Origin: Bacteroidia bacterium
GTDB taxonomy: Bacteria > Bacteroidota > Bacteroidia > NS11-12g > UBA9320
DNA length: 64,000 nucleotides
Direction of reading: 5' to 3'
NCBI GenBank assembly: GCA_020849295.1
Contig: JADLGN010000016.1
Coordinates: 8,099-72,098 of the forward strand
In this document: in pieces, positions 1-8,800 of the stretch
How the letters are laid out: every line of letters begins with the position of its first letter
How positions within the stretch are numbered: the first letter of the stretch is position 1
The notes under the pieces: generated by a model
What the model saw: only the letters and a program-made list of their open reading frames with translations
What the model was told of the DNA's origin: nothing
Database searches by the model: none
Translations under genes and position numbers: made by a program

Positions 1-1
1 A

Positions 2-1213
2 AGAGTTTTAGAAATTAAACCAAAAGGGACTAATGATATTGAAATTGTATGGCAATGGAGTTTGATTGACCATATTGTACAAAATGAAAATATATTGATG
101 CCGGATTATGACAATATTTCGAGTCATCCTGAACTTGTTGATATAAATTATAAAAATAGCACAAATTCTGATTGGGTTCATATAAATGCGATTGATTATA
201 ATGAAGAGCTTGACCAAATTGTATTATCTTGTCATCATTTTGGCGAAATTTGGGTTATAGACCATAGCACTACTACTGCTGAAGCTGCAACTCACAAAGG
301 AGGAAAAAGAAATAAAGGCGGAGATATACTATATCGTTGGGGGAATCCTCGAACATATCAAAAAGGCGGAAATGAAGACCAGGTGTTTTTCGGACAGCAT
401 AATGCTTATTGGATACCAAAATTATATAAAGATGGTGGTTCAATAATGGTTTTTAATAATGGACTTGGACGAAACCCAATGGTATCTTCAGTTGAAATAA
501 TTACGCCTCCTCAATCATCACCAGGAGTGTATGGCTCTAATTTGCCTTATGGACCTTCTACACAAACATGGGTTTACAAAGATTCAATTCCTACAAAGTT
601 TTATTCTGCAGTAATATCAGGAGCTCAAAGATTACCAAATGGAAATACTCTTATTTGCAGTGGTGTGCAAGGAAGAATTTTTGAAGTAGGTAATAAAAAT
701 TCTATAGTTTGGGAATATATAAATCCTATAGCTGGCGAAAATGAAATTACAGACGGACAGGCTGCAGCAGGAAACAGTGTTTTCAGAGCTTTATTTTATC
801 CAGATACTTTCAGTGCCTTTAAAAATAAAACTTTAAAACCAGGAAACCCTCTCGAAAAAAATCCTATTTCATATTCATGTAATAGCGGATATATTGACTT
901 TTCACAACCTGTGCCTCAAACATTTTTCCCAGAAAACAGAGCAATTAATATATCAAAGTCGGTATTGCCTTACATTGAATTTGATGAAAATATAAAACCG
1001 GGAAATACCGGTAATATTTATATTTTTGAAAATAACAACTTAGTTTCTACTTTGCCTTATAATAGTTCTAATCTTAATTTTTCTAATAAGAGATTAACAA
1101 TTAATATACCTGTAGAACTAATGCCAAAATCTAAGGTTTCAATAAAAATAGATGAGAATTGTATTACTGATTTATCAAATAATGGTATAGAAACAATTGA
1201 CTCATCTAAATGA
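2..1213 (+). CDS. arylsulfotransferase (ASST)-like beta-propeller protein with a C-terminal Ig-like domain. The 5' end lies outside the window. The ORF ends at an in-frame TGA before its sorting domain.
   Basis: The frame is open from base 2 (RVLEIKPKGTNDIEIVWQWS...) upstream of the track start at 62. Motif block INAIDYNEELDQIVLSCHHFGEIWVIDHSTTTAEAATHKGG..GGDILYRWGNPRTY is typical of Bacteroidota ASST-family proteins. Residues about 281-383 look like an SbsA/Big_5-type Ig-like domain. Confidence 0.7.
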   Translation, partial: RVLEIKPKGTNDIEIVWQWSLIDHIVQNENILMPDYDNISSHPELVDINYKNSTNSDWVHINAIDYNEELDQIVLSCHHFGEIWVIDHSTTTAEAATHKGGKRNKGGDILYRWGNPRTYQKGGNEDQVFFGQHNAYWIPKLYKDGGSIMVFNNGLGRNPMVSSVEIITPPQSSPGVYGSNLPYGPSTQTWVYKDSIPTKFYSAVISGAQRLPNGNTLICSGVQGRIFEVGNKNSIVWEYINPIAGENEITDGQAAAGNSVFRALFYPDTFSAFKNKTLKPGNPLEKNPISYSCNSGYIDFSQPVPQTFFPENRAINISKSVLPYIEFDENIKPGNTGNIYIFENNNLVSTLPYNSSNLNFSNKRLTINIPVELMPKSKVSIKIDENCITDLSNNGIETIDSSK

Positions 1214-1486
1214 ATATTTTTTACCGAAGAAAGTGCAGGATTTTCTAATTTTGATTTTCTAGTAAATAAGAAAATATATCCAAATCCTGCAGAAAATTAT
1301 ATTACCATATACAAAAGCAATGCTGAAAGACATATTGAAATTGTAAATAGTATTGGGCAAGTAGTAAAATTGAATAATTATTATAACAGAGTTGGTTTTA
1401 TAAAAATTGATATCAACGATTTGAAATCAGGTATTTACTCAGTAATGATTGATAAATTCAATTATGGAGTTTTTATAAAAAAGTAA
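1214..1486 (+). other. T9SS type-A C-terminal sorting domain (Por_Secre_tail) coding segment, in frame with the upstream ORF directly after its TGA
   Basis: The 90 codons after TGA 1211-1213 contain no stop until TAA 1484-1486. They read IFFTEESAGFSNFDFLVNKKIYPNPAENYITIYKSNAERHIEIVNSIGQVVKLNNYYNRVGFIKIDINDLKSGIYSVMIDKFNYGVFIKK, which is the canonical YPNP...GxY...K CTD pattern. No start codon of its own. Confidence 0.75.
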
Positions 1487-1493
1487 ACAAGTA

Positions 1494-2714
1494 TTATTCA
1501 AATTTTATGGACTTTGCCGGATTTATTTTCGCTACATAAAATGAAGGAATCAGCAAAATGAAGATACATACTGTAAAAGTTAAAATATTTAATAAAATCA
1601 AATCGTTTAATGATATTTTAAATGGGACTTTACTTAAGTAATATATTTCTTCATTAAGTGTTAAAATTCCCGTAAAATTTTGAAATATTCCTACAACAAT
1701 ACCAACTGCATTTCCTATTATTATTCCTTTTAATAAGTATTTGGAACTATTATATAAAAATATTTTCCTTATCAGATTATTTCGACTACCAAGTGCTTTA
1801 AGCAAACCAATCATTGCTGTGCGGTCAACTATTAGAACAATAAGTGCAGTAATCATATTTACAACTGATACCAATACCATAAGAACTATAATTATCAATA
1901 CATTCATATCAAGAAGATTGAGCCATTGAAAAATTTGAAAATAAGATTGCTCAACTGTTAATACAGTCAAAGACATAGGCAAACTTTCGTTGAGTATTTT
2001 TGAATTTGTAATAGAATTTTCCAATGATTTATAAAATACAGAAATACCATTTATGCTGTCAAAGCCCTGGCTAACCACTCGTTGCACCATTCTAATATCT
2101 GTTATTATCCAAAACCTGTCAACTTCATTCATCCCTGTATTGAAAATCCCACATATTACAGGTTTTCGCCTTCTTATTTGTCCATCTTGAATAAAAATTA
2201 GTTCAAGTCTGTCTCCTGTGTCGAGTTTCAAGCGTTGTGCAGTAGTTTCAGAAATTAAAATCTGATTTGGATCATTGTGTGAATTTAAAGTAAGAGATTT
2301 ACCTCTTTTTATTTGTTTTGAAATAAATTTATAACTTTCTCCATTAGTAATTCCACGACATTGCAATCCCTCATTTTCTTCATTTGTACGGGCTATACAT
2401 GATTTCTGGCAAAATGGCTCGATTGATTTAATAAAACTGGAATTTTGAATTAAATTTTGATTAACTAAATTTTTTGAAAATAGCGACATCTCTTCTGAAT
2501 AGTTTATATCAAGTTTTTTTATAATGGCATTACCATTAAAATTTGTAATTTTTTGTTTTATTTCATTTTGAAATCCTTTTACAATACCAATAGCAAGAAT
2601 CATAACAGCCATGCTTATAGCAACACTTGCCGAAGCCATTTGTATTATGCGGCGAGTAACAAAATGATTGCTTTTGGAGTTTAGCCTACTGGCTATAAAA
2701 AATTCTAATTTCAA
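1494..2714 (-). CDS. FtsX-like ABC transporter permease, LolC/LolE family
   Basis: 406 aa. N-terminus (M)KLEFFIASRL plus a TM helix, a large periplasmic loop, and three C-terminal TM helices of the FtsX type. TTG start at 2712-2714. Confidence 0.8.
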   Translation of the reverse strand: MKLEFFIASRLNSKSNHFVTRRIIQMASASVAISMAVMILAIGIVKGFQNEIKQKITNFNGNAIIKKLDINYSEEMSLFSKNLVNQNLIQNSSFIKSIEPFCQKSCIARTNEENEGLQCRGITNGESYKFISKQIKRGKSLTLNSHNDPNQILISETTAQRLKLDTGDRLELIFIQDGQIRRRKPVICGIFNTGMNEVDRFWIITDIRMVQRVVSQGFDSINGISVFYKSLENSITNSKILNESLPMSLTVLTVEQSYFQIFQWLNLLDMNVLIIIVLMVLVSVVNMITALIVLIVDRTAMIGLLKALGSRNNLIRKIFLYNSSKYLLKGIIIGNAVGIVVGIFQNFTGILTLNEEIYYLSKVPFKISLNDLILLNILTFTVCIFILLIPSFYVAKINPAKSIKFE

Positions 2715-2829
2715 ATTATTATAAAAAATGTATGCAACTTAATAATTTAATTAACATTCTTTAAGGCATACTATTTTTAAATTGTATTTTCATTCCTTAA
2801 TATTGAAATGTTATTTTTTAATTACAAAA

Positions 2830-4068
2830 ATGCGATATTTATTGCTTATTATTTACCTTAGTTTTTATTGTATTAATAAAAATTTTGCAGTTGAACATCA
2901 GATTAAAACTGATACAGTATTGTTTTTGAAAGATGAGAAAAAACTTATTGTAAATGATACAGATGTAATAACAGGTGCAGAGCAAACAAGAGAATATATT
3001 CCAATGTTAAAAGGAAAAAATATTGCACTTATTGTTAATCAAACTTCTGTAATTGGGAAAACACATCTTGTTGACACATTGCTAAAACTTGGTATAAAAA
3101 TTAAAACAATATTTGCTCCCGAACATGGTTTTAGAGGTGACCATAGTGCAGGAGCTACTGTAAATTCTGCCATTGATAAAAAAACCGGTATAAATATAAC
3201 TTCCTTGTATGGTAAAAATAAAAAGCCAAGCAAAGAACAATTATCAGGCATTGACTTTGTAATTTTTGATATTCAGGATGTAGGAGTTAGATTTTATACT
3301 TATATTTCTACAATGCACTACGCAATGGAAGCATGTGCTGAAAATAAAATTCAATTTATGGTTTTAGATCGTCCAAATCCAAATGGATATTATGTTGACG
3401 GACCTGTTTTAGATTTAAAATTCAAGTCATTTATTGGAATGCATCCGGTACCGCTGGTTCATGGCATGACAGTAGGTGAGTTTGCAAAAATGATAAATGG
3501 CGAAAAATGGCTTGCCGGAGGCAAATCATGCAAATTGAATATTATAAAACTAAAAAATTATAATCACAGGATTTTATATAAATGCAAAGTAAATCCTTCG
3601 CCAAATTTACAAACTCCAGAATCTATTTATCTTTATCCATCGCTTGGTTTATTTGAAGGGACAAATGTGAGTGTAGGCAGAGGTACTCCAAAACCTTTTG
3701 AATGGATTGGCAAGCCAGGACTTTCGCATGGCAGTGTGGTTTTTACACCCAAAAAAATACCCGGAGTTGCTGATGACCCTCCTTATGAAGGTAAAGAATG
3801 TAGAGGAATATTACTTACAGAGTTTTGTAATCATTATCTTATAGACTCTAAAAAAATATATATTGATTGGTTGGTTTTATTTTACAAAAACAAAAATGAA
3901 GGAGAAAGTTTTTTTATTGATAGTTCTTTTGATAGACTTGCAGGTTCTGACAAACTGCGTAAGCAAATTATAGAAGGTAAAACTTCTGAAGAAATACGAA
4001 AAACATGGGATAAGGATTTGGAAAAATATAATAATATGCGAAAAAAATACCTATTATATGAATTGTAA
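2830..4068 (+). CDS. DUF1343 family protein (NamZ-like exo-beta-N-acetylmuramidase)
   Basis: FAPEHGFRGD, IDFVIFDIQDVGVRFYTYISTM and VLDRPNPNG motifs. I prefer the ATG at 2830 (MRYLLLIIYLSF signal peptide) over the longer track start at 2782. Confidence 0.8.
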   Translation: MRYLLLIIYLSFYCINKNFAVEHQIKTDTVLFLKDEKKLIVNDTDVITGAEQTREYIPMLKGKNIALIVNQTSVIGKTHLVDTLLKLGIKIKTIFAPEHGFRGDHSAGATVNSAIDKKTGINITSLYGKNKKPSKEQLSGIDFVIFDIQDVGVRFYTYISTMHYAMEACAENKIQFMVLDRPNPNGYYVDGPVLDLKFKSFIGMHPVPLVHGMTVGEFAKMINGEKWLAGGKSCKLNIIKLKNYNHRILYKCKVNPSPNLQTPESIYLYPSLGLFEGTNVSVGRGTPKPFEWIGKPGLSHGSVVFTPKKIPGVADDPPYEGKECRGILLTEFCNHYLIDSKKIYIDWLVLFYKNKNEGESFFIDSSFDRLAGSDKLRKQIIEGKTSEEIRKTWDKDLEKYNNMRKKYLLYEL

Positions 4069-4123
4069 ATTTATTTGATATACTTATGGTATTTTTTTAA
4101 AACAATAGCAATATATTTTAGGT

Positions 4124-4131
4124 TAATTTTG
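4124..4131 (+). promoter_or_regulatory. candidate Bacteroidota sigma-A -7 element TAATTTTG
   Basis: Exact TAnnTTTG match ending 17 nt before the sucB ATG at 4148. Confidence 0.35.
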
Positions 4132-4147
4132 TATATATTTTTTAGAA

Positions 4148-5368
4148 ATGAATGTCGAAATAAAAATTCCATCACTTGGAGAATCAATATCTGAAGTTAC
4201 AATTTCGAAATGGTTGAAAAATAATGGAGATTATGTAAATATTGATGAACCAATTGCTGAATTAGAATCTGAAAAAGCAACAGTAGAGCTAAATGCAACT
4301 TCGGCAGGGAAATTACAGATAAAAGTAGAAGCTGGTACAGAAATAAAAATTGGAGAAATTGCAGCTCTTATAGATACAGACTTCAAAGCACCTCAATCAA
4401 TAAAAATATCCGAAGTAACAATTGATGAATCTGAGCAATTAAAAAGCAAATCAGAAAGTTCATATAAAGTTGGTGTAGCATCTCCTTCTGCTTCAAAAAT
4501 AATTAAGGAAAAAAATATTGATACAACTGTAATAGCCGGAACTGGAAAAGATGGCAGAATTACTAAACAAGATGTAATAAGCATCAAAAAAACCATAAAT
4601 GTGAAAAAATCTGAAGATTCAAATTTTAAGGTAGAAAACTCGAGAATTCAAAGAGTTGAGAAAATGAGTAATCTTCGCAAAACATTATCTAAAAGGCTTG
4701 TGTCTGCCAAAAATGAAACGGCTATGCTTACTACCTTTAATGAAGTAAACATGAAGCCTATAATGGACTTGAGAAACAGATATAAAGACAAATTTAAAGA
4801 AAAACATGGTGTAGGACTTGGTTTTATGTCTTTTTTTACCAGAGCGTGTGTATTGTCTCTGCAAAAGTTTCCGGCAGTAAATTCATATATAGATGGAGAA
4901 AATTTTATATTTAATGATTACTGCGATATTTCTATTGCAGTATCAGGACCAAGAGGATTGGTTGTACCGGTTGTGAGAAATGCAGAAAATATGGATTTGT
5001 GGGATATTGAAAAAAATATTTTAACACTTGCTGCTAAAGCCCGAGAAAACAAATTGAGTATTGAAGAAATGACAGGAGGAACATTTACTATTTCAAATGG
5101 TGGGGTTTTTGGTTCTATGCTTAGCACTCCAATTATTAATCCTCCACAATCTGCAATACTTGGTATGCATAATATAGTAGAAAGACCAATTGCTGAAAAT
5201 GGTCAAATTGTTATTAGGCCGATTATGTATGTTGCGTTGTCATACGACCATAGAGTAATAGATGGCAAAGAATCAGTAGGTTTTTTGCTAAATATAAAAA
5301 CATTACTCGAAAATCCGCAAATGCTAATTGATGGAACCGAACCTTTAAATAAACTTTTTGGAATATAA
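4148..5368 (+). CDS. sucB: dihydrolipoyllysine-residue succinyltransferase (E2 of 2-oxoglutarate dehydrogenase)
   Basis: N-terminal lipoyl domain ([11 protein letters not shown]), a peripheral subunit-binding domain ([15 protein letters not shown]), and a catalytic domain with [20 protein letters not shown] and DHRVIDG. Confidence 0.85.
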   Translation: MNVEIKIPSLGESISEVTISKWLKNNGDYVNIDEPIAELESEKATVELNATSAGKLQIKVEAGTEIKIGEIAALIDTDFKAPQSIKISEVTIDESEQLKSKSESSYKVGVASPSASKIIKEKNIDTTVIAGTGKDGRITKQDVISIKKTINVKKSEDSNFKVENSRIQRVEKMSNLRKTLSKRLVSAKNETAMLTTFNEVNMKPIMDLRNRYKDKFKEKHGVGLGFMSFFTRACVLSLQKFPAVNSYIDGENFIFNDYCDISIAVSGPRGLVVPVVRNAENMDLWDIEKNILTLAAKARENKLSIEEMTGGTFTISNGGVFGSMLSTPIINPPQSAILGMHNIVERPIAENGQIVIRPIMYVALSYDHRVIDGKESVGFLLNIKTLLENPQMLIDGTEPLNKLFGI

Positions 5369-5381
5369 GAAATTTTAATAA

Positions 5382-5645
5382 ATGACAAATACATATAAAA
5401 AATGCCAGAGTTGTAGTATGCCTCTAAAAAAAGATCCAAATGGTGGTGGAACTAATAATGATGGCTCAAAAAGTGCAATATATTGTAGCTATTGCTACCA
5501 AAATGGTCAGTTTAAAAACCCTGACTTGACAGTTGAAGAAATGCAAAAGTTTGTAAAAAGCAAACTTAAAGAAATGGGGTTCCCTGGGTTTATTGCAGGA
5601 TTTTTCACAAAGGGAATTCCAAAACTTTTAAGATGGAAAAAATAA
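5382..5645 (+). CDS. putative zinc-ribbon domain protein
   Basis: 87 aa with CQSC...28 residues...CSYC cysteine pairs and the GGGTNNDGS..YCSYCYQNGQF pattern seen in small Bacteroidota zinc-ribbon proteins. Confidence 0.6.
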   Translation: MTNTYKKCQSCSMPLKKDPNGGGTNNDGSKSAIYCSYCYQNGQFKNPDLTVEEMQKFVKSKLKEMGFPGFIAGFFTKGIPKLLRWKK

Positions 5646-5648
5646 TTT

Positions 5649-6545
5649 TTAATGTTTTCTTTCCTTAACTGTAAAAACCCTTGAAATATTGAATCCAAAT
5701 CTTATATCACCTTTCAGCCAGTTGCCTATGGTTTGTGTTATAAATTGAGATTCGGTCATTCCGCGTGAATTTGTAAAATGCAATTGAAATACGTGTCCTC
5801 CTGTTTCAATATCAAAACCAATACATAAACTATTTTTCATTTCATCTGATATTTGCTTAGGAAAAACATAAAAATATTCAGCATTTACTGATATCCTCTT
5901 GTTAATTTTTTGTCTTCCGCCAACACCAATTACAAAAACATCATTTTTGTATTTCTTTAATTCTACCAAATTGCGATGAACCAAAGTTGGTGATATTTGA
6001 AGAGATGTTGATTTAGAAAATTTTCTACCAATAAGTAACTGATGAGTAAAAGTAAGCCTTGAAGTAAAATAATTTTTTCTAGATGGATATTGCCATTTCA
6101 AAGTATTTATATCACTTATTGCTATGTAACTTAATGTTATCGGCATTTTCTTTTTTCCTGTACTTTGCCTTAAAATTTTAAATTTTAAGTATCCGTCAAC
6201 GGTTTTGTTTACATTAGTTCTGCCAATTCCAACCATCAACCTGTCAATTATTCCATAATCGAGGCAAAGTTTTACATTTGACTGATCAAGACCAAACCAC
6301 TCATAAGCACCTCCATTTATGTCACCAAATCTGTGATTTATTCTGAAATCCAATACACCCATAGCCTGATTTTCTATACTGTGTCCGTTTATAATACGGG
6401 TAGTTTTGAATGTGGCTGTTGTGTAATTTGTTTCTTCAGACAAATTCATCAAATTAAACAAATCTGTACTGTCAGTTTGTGCTTTTGTTAGTACAAAACT
6501 AAATATATACAGATTTAAGAAAATGAATTTTGAAAGAAGTTTCAA
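5649..6545 (-). CDS. DUF5777 family outer-membrane beta-barrel protein
   Basis: Signal peptide (KAQ cleavage), TTRIINGHSIE..LDFRINHRFG motif, and alternating amphipathic strands. TTG start at 6543-6545 is needed to keep the signal peptide. Confidence 0.6.
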   Translation of the reverse strand: MKLLSKFIFLNLYIFSFVLTKAQTDSTDLFNLMNLSEETNYTTATFKTTRIINGHSIENQAMGVLDFRINHRFGDINGGAYEWFGLDQSNVKLCLDYGIIDRLMVGIGRTNVNKTVDGYLKFKILRQSTGKKKMPITLSYIAISDINTLKWQYPSRKNYFTSRLTFTHQLLIGRKFSKSTSLQISPTLVHRNLVELKKYKNDVFVIGVGGRQKINKRISVNAEYFYVFPKQISDEMKNSLCIGFDIETGGHVFQLHFTNSRGMTESQFITQTIGNWLKGDIRFGFNISRVFTVKERKH

Positions 6546-6550
6546 TTCTA

Positions 6551-7114
6551 TTATTTCATTTTTTGATAATCAAGTTCGGCAGTAATCTCTATTTCTTTTG
6601 AAATTTTTGATTTTACCATTGCAGGAATACTTACATTGTAATCAGCAAGTATAATTTTGAAAACTGTATTACCTGTTACTTTATTTCCATCTACTTTTAA
6701 TGTACCTGTAGTATTGATTTTATTAGTTTTGTCTTTAATAGTAAGATTTCCGCTTATTTTTACATTGTAAGTGCCATTTTTTGAAAAATCAACTTCGTTA
6801 ATATTATCAATGTTTCCTTCAAATTTTGATTTTGGGTATTTGTCAGATTCCATATAGTTTTCGTTAAAATGTTCTTCCATCAAAGCTTTTTCAAAGTGAA
6901 ATGATTTAATAAGCAATTCAATTGCAAGTTTGCCTGTTTTGGGTTCAAGTATGCTTGATACTTTGTTGTTTTCAGCTCTTATATCCTCTACATCTGTGTG
7001 TGAATAAAACGAAACCTTGCCATTTTTTGCAACATACTTATCTTTTTCTGTTTTAAGTGTAAAAGAAGACAAAAACACTGTAAGAATAATAATTGTGATT
7101 GTTTTATAATTCAT
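6551..7114 (-). CDS. YceI family periplasmic (polyisoprenoid-binding-like) protein
   Basis: 187 aa with a signal peptide. The pattern KVSFYSH...F.KALMEEHFNENYMESDKYPKSKFEG...G.LTIKD is characteristic of YceI-like domains. Confidence 0.8.
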   Translation of the reverse strand: MNYKTITIIILTVFLSSFTLKTEKDKYVAKNGKVSFYSHTDVEDIRAENNKVSSILEPKTGKLAIELLIKSFHFEKALMEEHFNENYMESDKYPKSKFEGNIDNINEVDFSKNGTYNVKISGNLTIKDKTNKINTTGTLKVDGNKVTGNTVFKIILADYNVSIPAMVKSKISKEIEITAELDYQKMK

Positions 7115-7126
7115 TTTTTATTAATT

Positions 7127-7546
7127 TTATTTTTCAATGTTACATTTAGTAAAAACTATGCCAAACATCCCAAGTCCGTCACATTTACCTTTTATTTTTA
7201 CTTCAGCTCCAATTTTTAATATTTTTAAATCATTTATCCATTTTTTGTCAAAGCCACAACTTATAGTCATAGATTCATCGGAAGTTTTTAATGCTACAGT
7301 CGGTTCTTCGGTATTTTCTATTTGTAATTCAGTAATTATGCCTGACACAATTATTATTTTATTTAAATATTTTGTGTTTGAATTGTTTTCGTCAGTTGAA
7401 TACTCAGTATAAAAATCAATTGCCGAAATTGCAAAATCTTCTTTCGATTTTTCAATATTTCGGTGAGGTTTATTCCACAAATAAACGCCGGTTGCAATTG
7501 CTGCAATTATTACAAATAATGCAAGATAAATCATTTTTTTAATCAT
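7127..7546 (-). CDS. membrane-anchored OB-fold (tRNA_anti-like) protein of unknown function
   Basis: One N-terminal TM helix, then ..YLNKIIIVSGIITELQ..., typical of the small OB-fold family found in Bacteroidota. Overlaps the upstream gene by 8 nt. Confidence 0.45.
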   Translation of the reverse strand: MIKKMIYLALFVIIAAIATGVYLWNKPHRNIEKSKEDFAISAIDFYTEYSTDENNSNTKYLNKIIIVSGIITELQIENTEEPTVALKTSDESMTISCGFDKKWINDLKILKIGAEVKIKGKCDGLGMFGIVFTKCNIEK

Positions 7547-7931
7547 TTTTTGCTCCTTTATTAATCCAATATTCTATTAAAACAATATCGCAGGAAGGTA
7601 TTTTATTAGTTGTGCCTTTGGGCATTGCTGATACTCCAGTAGAATGTTTTATTGACATAATGAGTTTTGAATTGTCAATGTATTTTTTTAGTTCTGTATA
7701 TGTTTCAAGATTTATTCCATTTCCCATTGAAGTTGCATTAGCAGCCGAATGACATGAATAACAGTTTTTACTTAATATTGGTGAAATTTTTTTTGAGAGT
7801 GTTGTAGCAATAGTATCGCAATCTGATTTTTGGGTAGGGTATAATTCTTCTTCAATATCATAATAGCATGAATTTATTGATAAAATTATCAATAAAAGAA
7901 AAAGTAAGTTTACATAAAATCTATATTTCAT
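7539..7931 (-). CDS. cytochrome-c-like lipoprotein with one PSCyt1-type domain
   Basis: Lipobox LSINSC; CYSCH (CXXCH); downstream AMPKG and a WINKGAKND tail, as in the planctomycete-cytochrome-C domain. ATG at 7931 (MKYRF) preferred over the track start at 7961. Confidence 0.55.
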   Translation of the reverse strand: MKYRFYVNLLFLLLIILSINSCYYDIEEELYPTQKSDCDTIATTLSKKISPILSKNCYSCHSAANATSMGNGINLETYTELKKYIDNSKLIMSIKHSTGVSAMPKGTTNKIPSCDIVLIEYWINKGAKND

Positions 7932-7938
7932 TTTATTT

Positions 7939-8640
7939 TTAATTTTCAGGCATTCCTGCATCTATCCAAATTTTTATTTTTCTAATATTACAATCACTTA
8001 ATTTAAAGTTTGTATCTGGTGGCATTATTTTATATCCTGAAAAATGGTTTATCACGTTCCATAAATTTCTGTTTTGTACAGCATCTTTCACTTTATTATA
8101 TGTTGTAAGAGAAATTATATAAGTATCATCATGGCAGCCCAAACAGTTATCAACAATTATTTTTTTTATAGTAAGAGAATATGTAACATTACTTGTGTCA
8201 CAAGGGTTTTTACTGTCATTGCAATAATTGTTTTTGGCTCCCTGATCTATCCATTTTTTTATCAAATCAATTTTTTCTTGAGGTAAATTAGCTGTTGGTG
8301 GCATTCTGTCATCAGGGTCGGTATCAATTATTGCTTTATATATTTTTGATTTTGATGAATTATGTGCTGTTAATTTTCCACTTGCCATAATATTTGCATA
8401 AGATGTTAAATCAATATCTTCCTGAGGCTTTGGTCCATTATGGCAATCAGTACCTGTACAGTAAGTATTGAAAATTGGTAGAATTTGATTTTGAAAATAT
8501 ACAGTATCTGTACTACATGGAAAATCTGTTGTATCTATATTATTATCATTAAATAAGCTAAATGGAATTTCGTGCTTGCATGAATTTATTATTAGCAAAA
8601 CACAAACAAATATTAAAAAAAATAAATATGATTTTTTCAT
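7939..8640 (-). CDS. cytochrome-c-like lipoprotein with two PSCyt1-type domains
   Basis: Lipobox IINSC. Domain 1 has CTGTDCH ... RMPP ... WIDQGAKNN. Domain 2 has CLGCH ... IMPP ... WIDAGMPEN. ATG at 8640 (MKKSY) preferred over the track start at 8670. Confidence 0.55.
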   Translation of the reverse strand: MKKSYLFFLIFVCVLLIINSCKHEIPFSLFNDNNIDTTDFPCSTDTVYFQNQILPIFNTYCTGTDCHNGPKPQEDIDLTSYANIMASGKLTAHNSSKSKIYKAIIDTDPDDRMPPTANLPQEKIDLIKKWIDQGAKNNYCNDSKNPCDTSNVTYSLTIKKIIVDNCLGCHDDTYIISLTTYNKVKDAVQNRNLWNVINHFSGYKIMPPDTNFKLSDCNIRKIKIWIDAGMPEN

Positions 8641-8800
8641 TTTTTTAGCAAAATTCAGCCAAAATAACATTTGATAATTATGATTTGTTTCATAATGATT
8701 TCAGTTTTTTTATAATATGATTATAATTTTACAATTCTTCAACAAAATATATTTGATTATTTTATTTCAATTTTGATTAAATCATTATATTATAAATTCT

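Noticed and set aside
1211-1213. Possibility that the organism uses a genetic code in which TGA is a sense codon (Trp or Gly), prompted by the in-frame TGA at a Trp position.
   Set aside because: Under the standard code the window yields many full-length conserved proteins (eno, clpX, fhs, gltX and others). At least one other gene ends at TGA followed quickly by further stops (the OM barrel gene at 17807-17809). A recoded genome would show widespread fragmentation, which is not seen. The TGA is therefore treated as a local event.
2782-2829. Longer N-terminal extensions offered by the ORF track for several genes (2782, 7961, 8670, 33538, 58312).
   Set aside because: In each case a downstream ATG immediately precedes a proper signal peptide or lipobox, or the family-typical N-terminus. 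The extension also overlaps the neighbouring gene or the promoter region.
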